A stretch of 64,000 bases of DNA, taken from an uncultured Gemmatimonadaceae bacterium. Lineage in GTDB: Bacteria > Gemmatimonadota > Gemmatimonadetes > Gemmatimonadales > Gemmatimonadaceae. Both the position numbers and the translations under genes were made by a program. Of the stretch, positions 20,403 through 30,832 are shown piece by piece. The notes beneath the pieces are model-generated. The model did not search any database and was not told the origin of the DNA. It saw only the letters and a program-made list of their open reading frames with translations. The stretch is from contig CAWJMB010000002.1 in the NCBI GenBank assembly GCA_963843845.1, positions 2,144,001-2,208,000 of the forward strand, given 5' to 3'. The number at the start of each line of letters is the position of its first letter. The first letter of the stretch is position 1.

Positions 20403-21934
20403 GCCGGGCGCAGCCCCTCGCGCCAGCCGGCGCGGCGCCAGTCGTCCGCGTGCCTCGCCCGCGGCGCCTCGCTCTCGGCCGCCGATCCGTCAGGCGCGCC
20501 CCCCCGTCGCACGCGCCGGTCGCGGTCGGCGACGAGCGCGGCGGCGATCGCGGCGATGCGGCGCTCCTCGTCGCTCGGCGGCGCGCCGACGATCGCGTCG
20601 AGCCGCTGCTCGAGCCACTGGATGGAGATGTCGCCGCGCCGGAACTCGGCGTTCTCCATCACACGCAGGTGGAAGTCGCGCGACGTCTCGACCCCCTCGA
20701 TCGTGAGCTCGCGCAGCGCGCGGTGCATCCGCTCGATCGCCTGCGCACGGTCGCGAGCGTAGACGATCAGCTTCGCGAGCATCGGGTCGTAGAAGAGTCC
20801 GATCTCGCTTCCGGTCTCGATGCCGCCGTCCCAGCGCACGCCCGGTCCGCTCGGCAGGTGCAGATACGACACACGCCCGGTCGACGGCAGGAAGCCGTTC
20901 GACGCGTCCTCGCTCGTGATCCGGCACTCGATCGCCCACCCGCGGGGTTCGACCTGGTCCTGCCGGATCGTGAGGTGCTCGCCAGCGGCGATCCGTAGCT
21001 GCCACTGCACCAGGTCGACGCCGGTCACCAGCTCGGTGACCGGGTGCTCGACCTGAATGCGGGTGTTCATCTCGAGGAAGTAGAAGCTGCCGTCGCGTGC
21101 CAGCAGGAACTCACACGTTCCCGCGTTCACGTATCCGGCCGCCCGCGCAGCCGAGACCGCCGCCGCGCCCATGCGTGCGCGGAGCGCGTCGTCGACTGCG
21201 ACGCTCGGCGCCTCTTCGATCATCTTCTGGTGGCGGCGCTGCACCGAACACTCGCGCTCGCCCAGGTGGATCATGTGGCCGTGCGTGTCGCCGAGCACCT
21301 GGATCTCGACGTGGCGCGGGCCTTCGATGTACTTCTCCACGTAGACCGCGTCGTCCCCGAAGGCGTTCTTCGCCTCGCGCTGCGCGGCGCCTAACGCGGC
21401 CGCGACCTCGCTCGGCGCGCGGACGACGCGCATGCCTTTCCCGCCACCCCCGGCAGCCGCCTTCAGCAGCACGGGGTAGCCGAACGACTCGGCCACCGCG
21501 GCGGCCTCTTCGGCGCTGCCTAACGGCTCGGTCGTCCCCGGGACGACGGGCGTGCCGGCGCTGATCGCGAGCTGCCGCGCCGCCGTCTTGCTCCCCATCG
21601 CGTCGATCGCTTCTGCGGGGGGACCGACGAAGACGAGCCCGGCGTCGCGAACGGCGCGCGCGAACCAGGCGCGCTCGGACAGGAAGCCGTAGCCGGGATG
21701 GATCGCCTCCGCGCCGACGCGCCGCGCGACGTCGATCAGGAGCTCGCCGCGCAGGTAGCTCTCGGACGACGGCGGCGGGCCGATGCGCACGGCCTCGTCC
21801 GCCTCCCGCACGTGCGGCGCCTGCGCGTCCGCGTCGCTGTAGACCGCGACCGAGCGAACGCCCAACTCCTGGCATGCGCGCACCACCCGGAGCGCGATCT
21901 CGCCGCGGTTGGCGATGAGGACCTTGGTGAACAT
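20399..21934 (-). CDS. accC: Biotin carboxylase subunit (AccC/PccA type)
   Basis: LIANRGEIA, HPGYGFLSE, GGGGKGM, RECSVQRRHQK, EMNTRIQVEH. Confidence 0.93.
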   Translation of the reverse strand: MFTKVLIANRGEIALRVVRACQELGVRSVAVYSDADAQAPHVREADEAVRIGPPPSSESYLRGELLIDVARRVGAEAIHPGYGFLSERAWFARAVRDAGLVFVGPPAEAIDAMGSKTAARQLAISAGTPVVPGTTEPLGSAEEAAAVAESFGYPVLLKAAAGGGGKGMRVVRAPSEVAAALGAAQREAKNAFGDDAVYVEKYIEGPRHVEIQVLGDTHGHMIHLGERECSVQRRHQKMIEEAPSVAVDDALRARMGAAAVSAARAAGYVNAGTCEFLLARDGSFYFLEMNTRIQVEHPVTELVTGVDLVQWQLRIAAGEHLTIRQDQVEPRGWAIECRITSEDASNGFLPSTGRVSYLHLPSGPGVRWDGGIETGSEIGLFYDPMLAKLIVYARDRAQAIERMHRALRELTIEGVETSRDFHLRVMENAEFRRGDISIQWLEQRLDAIVGAPPSDEERRIAAIAAALVADRDRRVRRGGAPDGSAAESEAPRARHADDWRRAGWREGLRPA

Positions 21935-21940
21935 CGCGGC

Positions 21941-23485
21941 TCAGAGCGGCAGGTTGCCGTGCTTCTTGGGCGGGTTGCGGTCACGCTTCGAGCGCAGCAT
22001 GTCGAGTGCGTCGATGAGCCGCGGCCGCGTCTCGCGCGGGTCGATGATGTCGTCCACGTACCCGCGCCCCGCCGCCACGTACGGGTTCGCGAACTTCGCC
22101 GAATACTCGGCGACCTTCTCGTCCGTCGCCACCGTCGGGTCGTCGGCCTGCGCGATCTCGCGCTTGTAGATGATCTCGACGGCGCCTTTCGGTCCCATCA
22201 CCGCGATCTCGGCCGTCGGCCACGCGACGTTGAAGTCGCCGCGGATGTGCTTGGAGCTCATGACGTCGTACGCGCCGCCGTACGCCTTGCGCGTGATGAC
22301 GGTGAGCTTGGGGACGGTCGCCTCGCAGTACGCGTACAGCAGCTTCGCGCCGTGCTTGATGATGCCACCGTGTTCCTGCGCGACGCCGGGCAGGAACCCC
22401 GGCACGTCCTCGAACGTCACGAGCGGGATGTTGAACGCGTCGCAGAAGCGGATGAAGCGCGCGGCCTTGAGCGACGCGTCGATGTCGAGCACGCCGGCGA
22501 GGACCGCCGGCTGGTTCGCCACGACGCCGACGCTGTACCCACCGAGGTGCGCGAAGCCACAGAGGATGTTGGGCGCGTAGGCGGGCTGCACCTCGTAGAA
22601 GTCGCCGTCGTCGACGACGCGCCGCAGCACGTCGTGCATGTCGTACGGCTTGTTCGGATTGTCGGGAACGACGTCGAGCAGCGCGTCGTCGCGCCGATCG
22701 CGAGGATCGCTCCCACTCCCCCTCGGCGGCTCGGCGAGATTGTTGGACGGGACGTAGCGAAACAGCTCGCGGACCGCGGTCAGCGACGCCACTTCGGAGT
22801 CGTGCACGAAGTGCGCGACTCCGCTCGTGCCCGCGTGCGTGTCGGCGCCGCCGAGGGCCTCCATCGTCACGTCCTCGTGCGTGACCGTCTTCACGACGTT
22901 CGGGCCGGTCACGAACATGTACGACGTGCCGCGCACCATGTACACGAAGTCGGTGATCGCCGGCGAGTACACGGCGCCGCCGGCGCACGGCCCGAGGATC
23001 GCGCTGATCTGCGGCACGACGCCCGACGCCAGCGTGTTGCGCAGGAAGATGTCGGCGTACCCGCCTAACGACACGACCCCTTCCTGGATCCGGGCGCCGC
23101 CAGAGTCGTTCAGCCCGACCACCGGCGCGCCGTTCCGCACCGCGTGGTCCATGACCTTCACGATCTTCTGCGCGTGCGCTTCGGAGAGCGAGCCGCCGAA
23201 CACCGTGAAGTCCTGCGAGAAGACGTAGACGAGGCGCCCCTCGATGCGGCCGTAGCCGGTGACGACGCCGTCGCCGTAGACCGGCTCCTCGCCGTTCTCC
23301 GCCGAGCGCGCCGTGACGAATCTGTCGATCTCGACGAACGATCCTTCGTCGAGCAGGACGTCGAGCCGCTCGCGCGCCGACAGCTTCCCTTTCTTGTGCT
23401 GCGCCTCGAGCCGCGCGGCCCCTCCCCCGAGCTCGGACTGCGCCCGACGCTCCTCCAGTACGGCCAGCTTTTCACGCATCGTCAT
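21941..23485 (-). CDS. pccB: Acyl-CoA carboxylase carboxyltransferase beta subunit (PccB type)
   Basis: [47 protein letters not shown]. Confidence 0.93.
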   Translation of the reverse strand: MTMREKLAVLEERRAQSELGGGAARLEAQHKKGKLSARERLDVLLDEGSFVEIDRFVTARSAENGEEPVYGDGVVTGYGRIEGRLVYVFSQDFTVFGGSLSEAHAQKIVKVMDHAVRNGAPVVGLNDSGGARIQEGVVSLGGYADIFLRNTLASGVVPQISAILGPCAGGAVYSPAITDFVYMVRGTSYMFVTGPNVVKTVTHEDVTMEALGGADTHAGTSGVAHFVHDSEVASLTAVRELFRYVPSNNLAEPPRGSGSDPRDRRDDALLDVVPDNPNKPYDMHDVLRRVVDDGDFYEVQPAYAPNILCGFAHLGGYSVGVVANQPAVLAGVLDIDASLKAARFIRFCDAFNIPLVTFEDVPGFLPGVAQEHGGIIKHGAKLLYAYCEATVPKLTVITRKAYGGAYDVMSSKHIRGDFNVAWPTAEIAVMGPKGAVEIIYKREIAQADDPTVATDEKVAEYSAKFANPYVAAGRGYVDDIIDPRETRPRLIDALDMLRSKRDRNPPKKHGNLPL

Positions 23486-23521
23486 AGCCGCGGAAGGTAG
23501 CGGCGCGAACTACATTGGGCG

Positions 23522-24198
23522 ATGGCTTCGGAGTGGAGCGACTGGCTCCAGGACTTCGCGAACGCGGGCGGCCTGTGCAGACGGGCGCCCTCGTGTTCAG
23601 CGCGTATCAGTTCTGGGCGGGGCGCAACGAACGGCGCGCGGCGGACGAGGCGGCGGCGGTGCAGGCCCGGAAGGACTCGAACTACCAGGCCTGGCAGGTC
23701 ATCAACAGCGCGCAGGGGAAAGGGGGGAGCGGCGGCCGCCCGGATGCCCTTCGCGACCTCGCGCGCAACGGCATCTCGCTCGCCGGCGTGAACCTCGACG
23801 GCGCCTGGCTCGACGGCGTGGACCTCCGCAGCGCGCAACTCGAGATGGCGTCGTTCGAGGGCGCGAATCTGCACGGCGCCCAGCTCCAGGGCGCGACGCT
23901 CGTCGGCGTGAACTTCCGCGGCGCGAATCTCGTCACGGCGTCGCTCGCCGGCGCGTCGCTGCAGGGCGCGGACTTCACCGGCGCACGTCTCTCGGCCGCA
24001 GACCTCTCGGAGGCCGACCTGTTCAACGTGAAGGGGCTCCGCGACGCGACGCTGTCGTACACGAACATCGAAGGGATCCGGCGCGCGCCGGCCGGCTTCC
24101 GCGAGTGGGCGATCGCGCAGGGCGCCGTCAACCAGGCGAGCGAGGAGATCGCCGAAGGGGACGACAGCGCGTACTCGAACGTCTTCCGGCGGATCTGA
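23522..24198 (+). CDS. Pentapeptide-repeat protein; probable 1-nt frameshift near 23575
   Basis: A(D/N)LxG repeats. ATG 23522 gives MASEWSDWLQDFANAGGL, which joins VQTGALVFSAYQFW if one base is added. Confidence 0.75.
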
Positions 24199-24250
24199 CC
24201 GAGACCGGCGAGATCGCTCACCGCGCTCGGGCACACAGCCCGGCACGACG

Positions 24251-24285
24251 ACGAAGGCCCCGGTCGATTCGACCGGGGCCTTCGT
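24251..24285. terminator. Bidirectional terminator between the convergent pentapeptide gene and rpsA
   Basis: Perfect 35-nt palindrome ACGAAGGCCCCGGTCGA-t-TCGACCGGGGCCTTCGT. Confidence 0.8.
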
Positions 24286-24305
24286 GCCTAACGCACCGCG
24301 CTCGC

Positions 24306-26135
24306 TCAGCTGTCGGCGTCGATGTCCATCGATGACATCCCGATCATCGCGTCCATGCCGAGCTCCTCGTCGCTCGAGTGCACCGTCGACGGCGTCTCCG
24401 GGCGCGGCGGCTGCTCCTCGGGGATGTTCGTCACGGCGAGCACGATGCGGCGGTGGATCGGATCGACTTCGAGCACGCGGAGGTCGAGCAGCATCCCCTC
24501 GTAGGCGACGTCGGCCGGGTTCTGCACGATCTTGCCCGTGATGTTGAGCTGCGAGAGCGGCACGAAGCCCTCGATGTCGTTGCCGATGTCGACCACGACG
24601 CCCTTGTCCATCAGGCGCACGATCGGGCGATTCTGCATCTCGGTGCCGACCGGATAGGTCTCGCCGATGCGCAGCCACGGATCTTCCTCGGCCTGCTTGA
24701 GGCCGAGCGAGATGCGCTTGTTGTCGCTGTCGATGTTGAGGATCACGACGTCGACCGTGTCGCCCTTCTTCACGACCTCCGACGGATGCTGGACGCGCTT
24801 CGTCCAGCTCATGTCGGAGATGTGAATGAGGCCGTCGATGCCAGGCTCGATCTCGACGAACGCGCCGAAGCTCGTGAGGTTGCGGACCTTGCCGGTGATG
24901 CGCGTGCCGACCGGGTACTTGAGCGGCAGCACGGTCCAGGGGTCCGTCTCCGTCTGCTTCATGCCGAGGGAGATCTTCTCCTCCTCCGGGTCGACCTTGA
25001 GCACGACCGCCTCGATCGTCTCGCCGATGGAGACGAGCTTGGACGGGTGCCGCACGTTGCGCGTCCACGACATCTCGGAGATGTGGACGAGCCCCTCGAT
25101 CCCCGGCTCCAGCTCGATGAACGCGCCGTAGTTCGTGATCGAGACGACCTTGCCCTGCACGCGCGTCCCGACCGGGTACTTCGCGACGACGTCCTTCCAG
25201 GGATAGGCCTGGAGCTGCTTGAGGCCGAGCGAGATGCGCTCGCGCTCCCAATCGATGTCGAGGACCTTGATCTCGAGCTCCTGACCGATCTGTACCATCT
25301 CGGTCGGGTGCGAGATGCGCCCCCACGACATGTCCGTGATGTGCAGCAGGCCGTCGACGCCGCCGAGGTCGATGAACGCGCCGAAGTCGGTGATGTTCTT
25401 GACGACGCCCTTCCGGATCTGATCCTTCTGGAGCTCCTTCATCAGCTTCTCGCGCTTGCCGGCGCGCTCCTGCTCGAGAATCACTCGGCGGGAGACGACG
25501 ATGTTGCGGCGGCGCTTGTTGAGCTTGATGATCTTGAACTCGTACTTCTGGCCGAGCAGCTCGTCGATGTTCGGGACGCGGCGGAGAGCGATCTGCGAGC
25601 CCGGGAGGAACGCGTCGACGCCCATGAGGTCGACCACCACGCCGCCCTTGATCTTCTTGACGAGCGTGCCCTCGACCGGCTGGTCCGTCTCGTAGGCGAC
25701 CCGGATGCGCTCCCACACGCGCATGAAGTCCGCCTTCTTCTTCGACAGAACGACCGACCCTTCCTGGTCCTCGAGGTGCTCGAGCAGGACCTCGACCTCG
25801 TCGCCGGGCTTGAGGTCGGGCATGTCCTTGAACTCCTCGAGCGGCACGGTCCCTTCGGACTTGAAGCCGATATCGAGGACGACCATGTTCTCGCGAATCT
25901 CGAGGACACGCGACTTGACGATCTCGCCTTCTTCGATCGAGGCGAGCGTCCCGTTGTACATGTCCATCATCGCCTCGAACTCGTCGGACGAATACTCGTC
26001 CTCTTCGTAGAGTTCGGGGCGGCGGTTCGCGAGCGGACGCAGAACGCTCTTCTGCTTGTCGCGCTTCTGGCGCTCGGTCAGGGCGACGGCAGTCGACGCG
26101 TCGGCCTCGAATGGGCTGGTCTCTAACTCGGCCAT
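24306..26135 (-). CDS. rpsA: 30S ribosomal protein S1
   Basis: Six S1 repeats (AFLPGSQI, DFGAFIDLGGVDGLLHITDMSW, EGLVHISEMSW). Confidence 0.97.
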   Translation of the reverse strand: MAELETSPFEADASTAVALTERQKRDKQKSVLRPLANRRPELYEEDEYSSDEFEAMMDMYNGTLASIEEGEIVKSRVLEIRENMVVLDIGFKSEGTVPLEEFKDMPDLKPGDEVEVLLEHLEDQEGSVVLSKKKADFMRVWERIRVAYETDQPVEGTLVKKIKGGVVVDLMGVDAFLPGSQIALRRVPNIDELLGQKYEFKIIKLNKRRRNIVVSRRVILEQERAGKREKLMKELQKDQIRKGVVKNITDFGAFIDLGGVDGLLHITDMSWGRISHPTEMVQIGQELEIKVLDIDWERERISLGLKQLQAYPWKDVVAKYPVGTRVQGKVVSITNYGAFIELEPGIEGLVHISEMSWTRNVRHPSKLVSIGETIEAVVLKVDPEEEKISLGMKQTETDPWTVLPLKYPVGTRITGKVRNLTSFGAFVEIEPGIDGLIHISDMSWTKRVQHPSEVVKKGDTVDVVILNIDSDNKRISLGLKQAEEDPWLRIGETYPVGTEMQNRPIVRLMDKGVVVDIGNDIEGFVPLSQLNITGKIVQNPADVAYEGMLLDLRVLEVDPIHRRIVLAVTNIPEEQPPRPETPSTVHSSDEELGMDAMIGMSSMDIDADS

Positions 26136-26363
26136 ACTGGAGCTGTTCTCCGGAGCCGCGGATTTTTAGGCTCGCCGCGACGAGTCCTTGAGGGTGGATG
26201 CGCGCAGGCCGCGCGAGGGCACACTGCTCCCACGACGTTCGCGCGCGAACCAAGCAGACTAGCGGACACCCGGAGTGCCGTCAACCGGACGACGCTGCCG
26301 AAGTGATGCCGCCACCGCGAGTTACGTCTTCCGTAATTCGCGCGCCACCGGCTCGTTCGACTC

Positions 26364-27065
26364 CTATCCGTGCGGATGGCGCGCGCAGGCGCGAGCGAGC
26401 GCCACGATCCGGTCCACCTGCTCGGCCTGCGTCAGATACGTCGTGTCGATCAGGACGGCATCGCGCGCCTGCACGGTCTGCGTCGCGTCGAGCGCGTCGC
26501 GCTGCACGAGCTGGTCGGTCTCGTCGGCGATCTCGTCCTCGCGCGGCGCACGGCCGAGTCGCTGGATGAGGCGGCGGCGGGCCCGCTCCCAGGGATCGGC
26601 GACGAGGAAGACCTTGAGCGACGCAGCGGGAAAGACGACCGTGCCGATGTCGCGCCCGTCGACGACGACGTCGTGCGCGGCGCCGGCGTCTCGCACCCGC
26701 GCGTTCACCCACGCGCGCACGGCGGGCATCTGGGCGACGCGCGACACGTTGCGGGTGACGGCGGCGCCACGGATCGCATCGTCTGCCGCAGCGCCATCGA
26801 CGAGCGGAGCGAAGCCGCCGTCGACCGGCACGATCGTGACGCGCGCGGCGAGCGCGACGACGTCGCGTTCGATCCATTCCTCCGGTGCACCGAGCTCCCG
26901 CGTCGCGAGCAGCGTGAGGGCGCGGTAGAGCGACCCCGAGTCGACGTGCCGGTAGCCGAGGCGCTCGGCGACCCAGCGGGCGGTCGACGATTTGCCGGAG
27001 GCCGCTGGGCCGTCGATGGCGACGACGATCGGCGCAGCGCGTCCGATCAGTCCAGACGTGGTCAT
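26364..27065 (-). CDS. cmk: Cytidylate kinase
   Basis: IDGPAASGKSS, DSGSLYR, DGRDIGTVVFP; ATG overlaps the aroA stop. Confidence 0.95.
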   Translation of the reverse strand: MTTSGLIGRAAPIVVAIDGPAASGKSSTARWVAERLGYRHVDSGSLYRALTLLATRELGAPEEWIERDVVALAARVTIVPVDGGFAPLVDGAAADDAIRGAAVTRNVSRVAQMPAVRAWVNARVRDAGAAHDVVVDGRDIGTVVFPAASLKVFLVADPWERARRRLIQRLGRAPREDEIADETDQLVQRDALDATQTVQARDAVLIDTTYLTQAEQVDRIVALARACARHPHG

Positions 27066-28324
27066 GCGCGGGCGACCGCGGCGTCGAGGTCGCGCCAGAA
27101 CGCCGGATACGACACGCCGACGCACGACGGATCATCGATGGCGATCTCGTTGCCCGGGGCCGCGCCCAACACGCCGAACGCCATCGCCAGCCGGTGATCG
27201 CCGTGCGTCTCGACGCGCCCTCGCAGGGCGCGCGTCGTTCCGCGCACGACGAAGCCGTCGGGAAGCTCGTCGGCGTCGGCGCCGATCGCGCGGAGGTTGG
27301 CGACGACGGCAGCGATCCGGTCGCTCTCCTTCACGCGCAGCTCGGCCGCGCCCTGCACACGCGTCTCGCCGTCGGCGCGGGCAGCGAGACAGGCCAGCAG
27401 GGGCAGCTCGTCGATCATCGCCGGCACGTCCGACGCGTCGATCGCGACGCCGCGCAGCGCGCGCGGCGCGGCCACGACGGTCCCGATCGCCTCGCCCCCC
27501 GCGGTGCGCTCGTCGTGGACCTCGAGACTCGCACCCATGCGAGCGAGCGCGAAGAAGAACCCGGTCCGCGACGGGTTCAGGCAGACGTCTGGAAGCGTGA
27601 CCTCGCCATCGTCCGCGAGCGCTGCCAGCGCGCAGAAGAAGGCCGCGGACGACGGATCGCCGGGGACCGCGACGTCCTGCGCGGCGAGCGACGCGAGCGG
27701 CCACAGCATGACGGCGGTGTCGTGCACCCAGACCTCGGCCCCGCGTGCCGCGAGCATCCGCTCCGTGTGGTCACGCGACCGCGTGGGCTCCCGGACGAGC
27801 GCCTCGACGCCACCGCACGCCGCCGCGAGCAGGATCGCGCTCTTCACCTGCGCGCTGGCGTTCTCGTTCACCCACTCGAGCTTCTCGAGCGCCGCGCCGT
27901 GGACTGTCATCGGAAGCCGTTCGCCGGCCGACAGCTCGAACGACGCGCCCATCGAGGACAGCGGTCGGGCGATGCGTCCCATCGGCCGGCGACTCAAGCT
28001 CGCATCGCCCACGAAGCGCGCCGAGAACGACTGACCCGCGACGACGCCGGCGACCAGCCTCGCGGTCGTGCCGCTGTTGCCGCAATCCAGATCGTCGGTC
28101 GGCGCGGTGAGGCCGCGCAGTCCGACGCCTTCGATCGTGAGGTCGTCGCTCAACGCCGGAATCGCGACGCCCATCGCACGGAGGACCCCAGCGGTGGAGC
28201 GCACATCCGCCGAGTCGAGAATCCGCGTGACGCGCGACGGGCCGTCGCCCAACGCGGCGAAGATGAGCGCGCGGTGGCTGATCGACTTGTCGCCGGGAAC
28301 GCGGATCGTGCCGTCGACCCTCAC
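27062..28324 (-). CDS. aroA: EPSP synthase
   Basis: PGDKSISHR, DCGNSGTT, SAQVKS, RDHTERML, LRVKESDRI, DHRLAM. Confidence 0.96.
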   Translation of the reverse strand: MRVDGTIRVPGDKSISHRALIFAALGDGPSRVTRILDSADVRSTAGVLRAMGVAIPALSDDLTIEGVGLRGLTAPTDDLDCGNSGTTARLVAGVVAGQSFSARFVGDASLSRRPMGRIARPLSSMGASFELSAGERLPMTVHGAALEKLEWVNENASAQVKSAILLAAACGGVEALVREPTRSRDHTERMLAARGAEVWVHDTAVMLWPLASLAAQDVAVPGDPSSAAFFCALAALADDGEVTLPDVCLNPSRTGFFFALARMGASLEVHDERTAGGEAIGTVVAAPRALRGVAIDASDVPAMIDELPLLACLAARADGETRVQGAAELRVKESDRIAAVVANLRAIGADADELPDGFVVRGTTRALRGRVETHGDHRLAMAFGVLGAAPGNEIAIDDPSCVGVSYPAFWRDLDAAVARA

Positions 28325-29196
28325 CGCAGCCACGCCTCGAGCGCCGTGGAGAGATCGGTCTTCTCGTCGCGGTACTTCACGATCATCGGCGCCTGCAAGG
28401 ACAGCCCCTGCTGCTCGCCCCAACCGCCTGTGACGCGGCGCGCGCCGGGGACCACGACGGCGCCCGCCGGGATCTCGAGGGGCGCGGCCGCGGTCGCGCG
28501 ATACACGCGTTCGTGTACGAGATCGAACACCGGCGTGCCGCGCGTCAACACGACCCCCGCCGCGAGCACGGCCCTCTGGCGGACCACCGTCCCCTCGTAG
28601 ACGCCGCAGTTCCCCCCGACGATCACGTCATCCTCGATCACGACCGGGGACGCGTTCACCGGCTCGAGGACGCCACCGATCTGCGCGGCGGCGCTGAGGT
28701 GCACGCGCTCGCCGACCTGCGCGCACGACCCGACGAGCGCGTGCGAGTCGACCATCGTGCCGCGGCCGATCCACGCGCCGACGTTGACGAACATGGGTGG
28801 CATGCACACGACGCTCGGCGCGACGTAGGCGCCCCGGCGAATCGTCGAGCCGCCGGGAACGACGCGCACGCCGCTCTCGATCGCGAGCGCGCGCGGCGGG
28901 ACCGTATCCTTGTCGAAGAACGTGAACACGCGCCCGGCATCGCTCGGCGCCGGCGACATGTCGACGATCCGTCCGAAGCGGAACGCGAGCAGGATCCCGC
29001 GCTTCACCCACGCCTCCGCCTCCCACCTGCCGTGCTCGAGACGTGCGGCCCGCACACTTCCGTCTTCAAGCGCCGAGAGCAGCGCGTCGATCGCCGGCGC
29101 AGCATCGTCGCTCCACGATCCGTCGGCCGCAGGCTGCGCCGCGTCGAGCCGAGCCTCGAGTGCCGCCGCGTCGAACGCCATCGCGTCGATCGTCAT
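28321..29196 (-). CDS. dapD: Tetrahydrodipicolinate N-succinyltransferase
   Basis: WVKRGILLAF, RVVPGG, FVNVGAW, GSCAQVG, GGVLEP; hexapeptide repeats. Confidence 0.92.
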   Translation of the reverse strand: MTIDAMAFDAAALEARLDAAQPAADGSWSDDAAPAIDALLSALEDGSVRAARLEHGRWEAEAWVKRGILLAFRFGRIVDMSPAPSDAGRVFTFFDKDTVPPRALAIESGVRVVPGGSTIRRGAYVAPSVVCMPPMFVNVGAWIGRGTMVDSHALVGSCAQVGERVHLSAAAQIGGVLEPVNASPVVIEDDVIVGGNCGVYEGTVVRQRAVLAAGVVLTRGTPVFDLVHERVYRATAAAPLEIPAGAVVVPGARRVTGGWGEQQGLSLQAPMIVKYRDEKTDLSTALEAWLR

Positions 29197-30107
29197 GCCG
29201 CGTCCGCCGGACGCGCGTCGTCGAACGCGCCTGCCGCCTCGAGCGCCTCGCGCACCGCGCTCCGGAGCTCCTCGCGCAGTGGCACGAGCGGCAACCGCAC
29301 GACGTCCTCCATGAAACCGAGCATCGAGAGCGCAGCCTTGAGGGGGATCGGATTCGACTCGATGAACGCCGCGTGCGTCCACGCGGCGAGACGCCGATCG
29401 AGCTCGCGCGCGCCGACGAAGTCGCCGGCGAACGCACGCTCGCAGAGGCGTGCGACGAGCGCCGGCGTGGCGTTCGACGTGACCGAGATGACGCCGTCGC
29501 CGCCGGCCGCGAGCATCGCGAAGGTCAGCGCGTCCTCGCCGGAGAGCACCGCGAAGTCGTCGGGCCGATGGCGGAGGATGTCCTGCACCTGCACGAGGTT
29601 ACCCGACGCTTCCTTCACCGCCACGATGTTCGGCACTTCGGCGAGCCGCAGCGTCGTCGCCGCATCCATGTTGCTCGCGGTGCGGCCCGGCACGTTGTAG
29701 AGCACGATCGGCAGCCCGACCGCATCCGCGATCGCGCGGAAGTGCGCCTCGATGCCGCGCTGCGGCGGCTTGCTGTACGCGGGCGACACGTGAAGCAGGT
29801 GCGTCGCACCGGCGGCCTGCATCTCCTTCGAGAGTGCGATCGCTTTCCGCGTGTCATTCGAGCCGGCGCCCGCGATCACCGGCACGCGCCCGGCCACTTC
29901 GTCGACCGTGATCTCGACGACGCGTCGGTGCTCCGCGGGCGACAGCGTGGCCGCCTCGCCGGTCGAGCCGCACGGCACGACGAAGTGCGTGCCCTGCGCG
30001 ACCTGCCAGCCCACGAATCGCCGCAGCGCAGCCTCGTCGAGCGCGCCGTCGCCAGTGAACGGTGTGGCGATCGCGGAGCCGGCTCCGCGCAATGTCGGTA
30101 TCGTCAT
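29193..30107 (-). CDS. dapA: 4-hydroxy-tetrahydrodipicolinate synthase
   Basis: GSTGE, LYNVPGRT, VKEASG, ESNPIPLK. Confidence 0.95.
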   Translation of the reverse strand: MTIPTLRGAGSAIATPFTGDGALDEAALRRFVGWQVAQGTHFVVPCGSTGEAATLSPAEHRRVVEITVDEVAGRVPVIAGAGSNDTRKAIALSKEMQAAGATHLLHVSPAYSKPPQRGIEAHFRAIADAVGLPIVLYNVPGRTASNMDAATTLRLAEVPNIVAVKEASGNLVQVQDILRHRPDDFAVLSGEDALTFAMLAAGGDGVISVTSNATPALVARLCERAFAGDFVGARELDRRLAAWTHAAFIESNPIPLKAALSMLGFMEDVVRLPLVPLREELRSAVREALEAAGAFDDARPADAA

Positions 30108-30832
30108 GCCGTCTCCTCGTCAGTCGGCCCGTCGCGCCGACCGGGCGCCGCGAGCACGTCGTCCATCGTGTACACACCAGGATCGTCGACCGCGGCGAGC
30201 CACCGCGCCGCCGTGAGCGCCCCCTCGGCGAACACGCGCCGGTCGCGCGCCTCGTGCACGATGCGGATCTGCTCGAACGCGCCGTCGAAGACCAGCTCGT
30301 GCGTGCCCGGCACCGCGCCGACGCGAATGCTCGTGATCGGAATGGTCGTGCCTAACGTCTCGCTCGCCGCGCCCGCGAGCGCGATGGCCGTACCGGATGG
30401 CGCGTCTCGCTTCGCGGCGTGGTGCGTCTCGACGAGGTGCGGGGCCATGCCGACCTCGTGGAGCGCCCTCCCCGCCTCTGCGACGATGCGCCGCATCGCG
30501 TTCACGCCGGGCGAGAAGTTCGCCGCCCAGAGCAATCGGCCGCCCGCCGCGTGCGCGGCGCGCGTCACGTCGCCCAACGCCTCCCACCAGCCCGTCGTGC
30601 CGACGACGAGCGGCGCGTTCGCGGCGAGGCACGCATGGATGTTCGCGACGGCGGCGGCCGGCTCGCTGAAGTCGATCGCGACGTCGCACTCGCCGAGCGT
30701 GTCGCGCGTGATCACGTCGCCGCGGCCGAGGCGCGCCACGACCGTCGCACCGCGCTCGTCGGCGAGGGCGTCGACCGCGCGCCCCATCTTGCCCACCCCG
30801 ATGAGCGCCACGCGCGTCGGCACCGCCATCAT
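30104..30832 (-). CDS. dapB: 4-hydroxy-tetrahydrodipicolinate reductase
   Basis: GVGKMG, VVGTTG, ETHHAAKRDAPSGTA. Confidence 0.94.
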   Translation of the reverse strand: MMAVPTRVALIGVGKMGRAVDALADERGATVVARLGRGDVITRDTLGECDVAIDFSEPAAAVANIHACLAANAPLVVGTTGWWEALGDVTRAAHAAGGRLLWAANFSPGVNAMRRIVAEAGRALHEVGMAPHLVETHHAAKRDAPSGTAIALAGAASETLGTTIPITSIRVGAVPGTHELVFDGAFEQIRIVHEARDRRVFAEGALTAARWLAAVDDPGVYTMDDVLAAPGRRDGPTDEETA

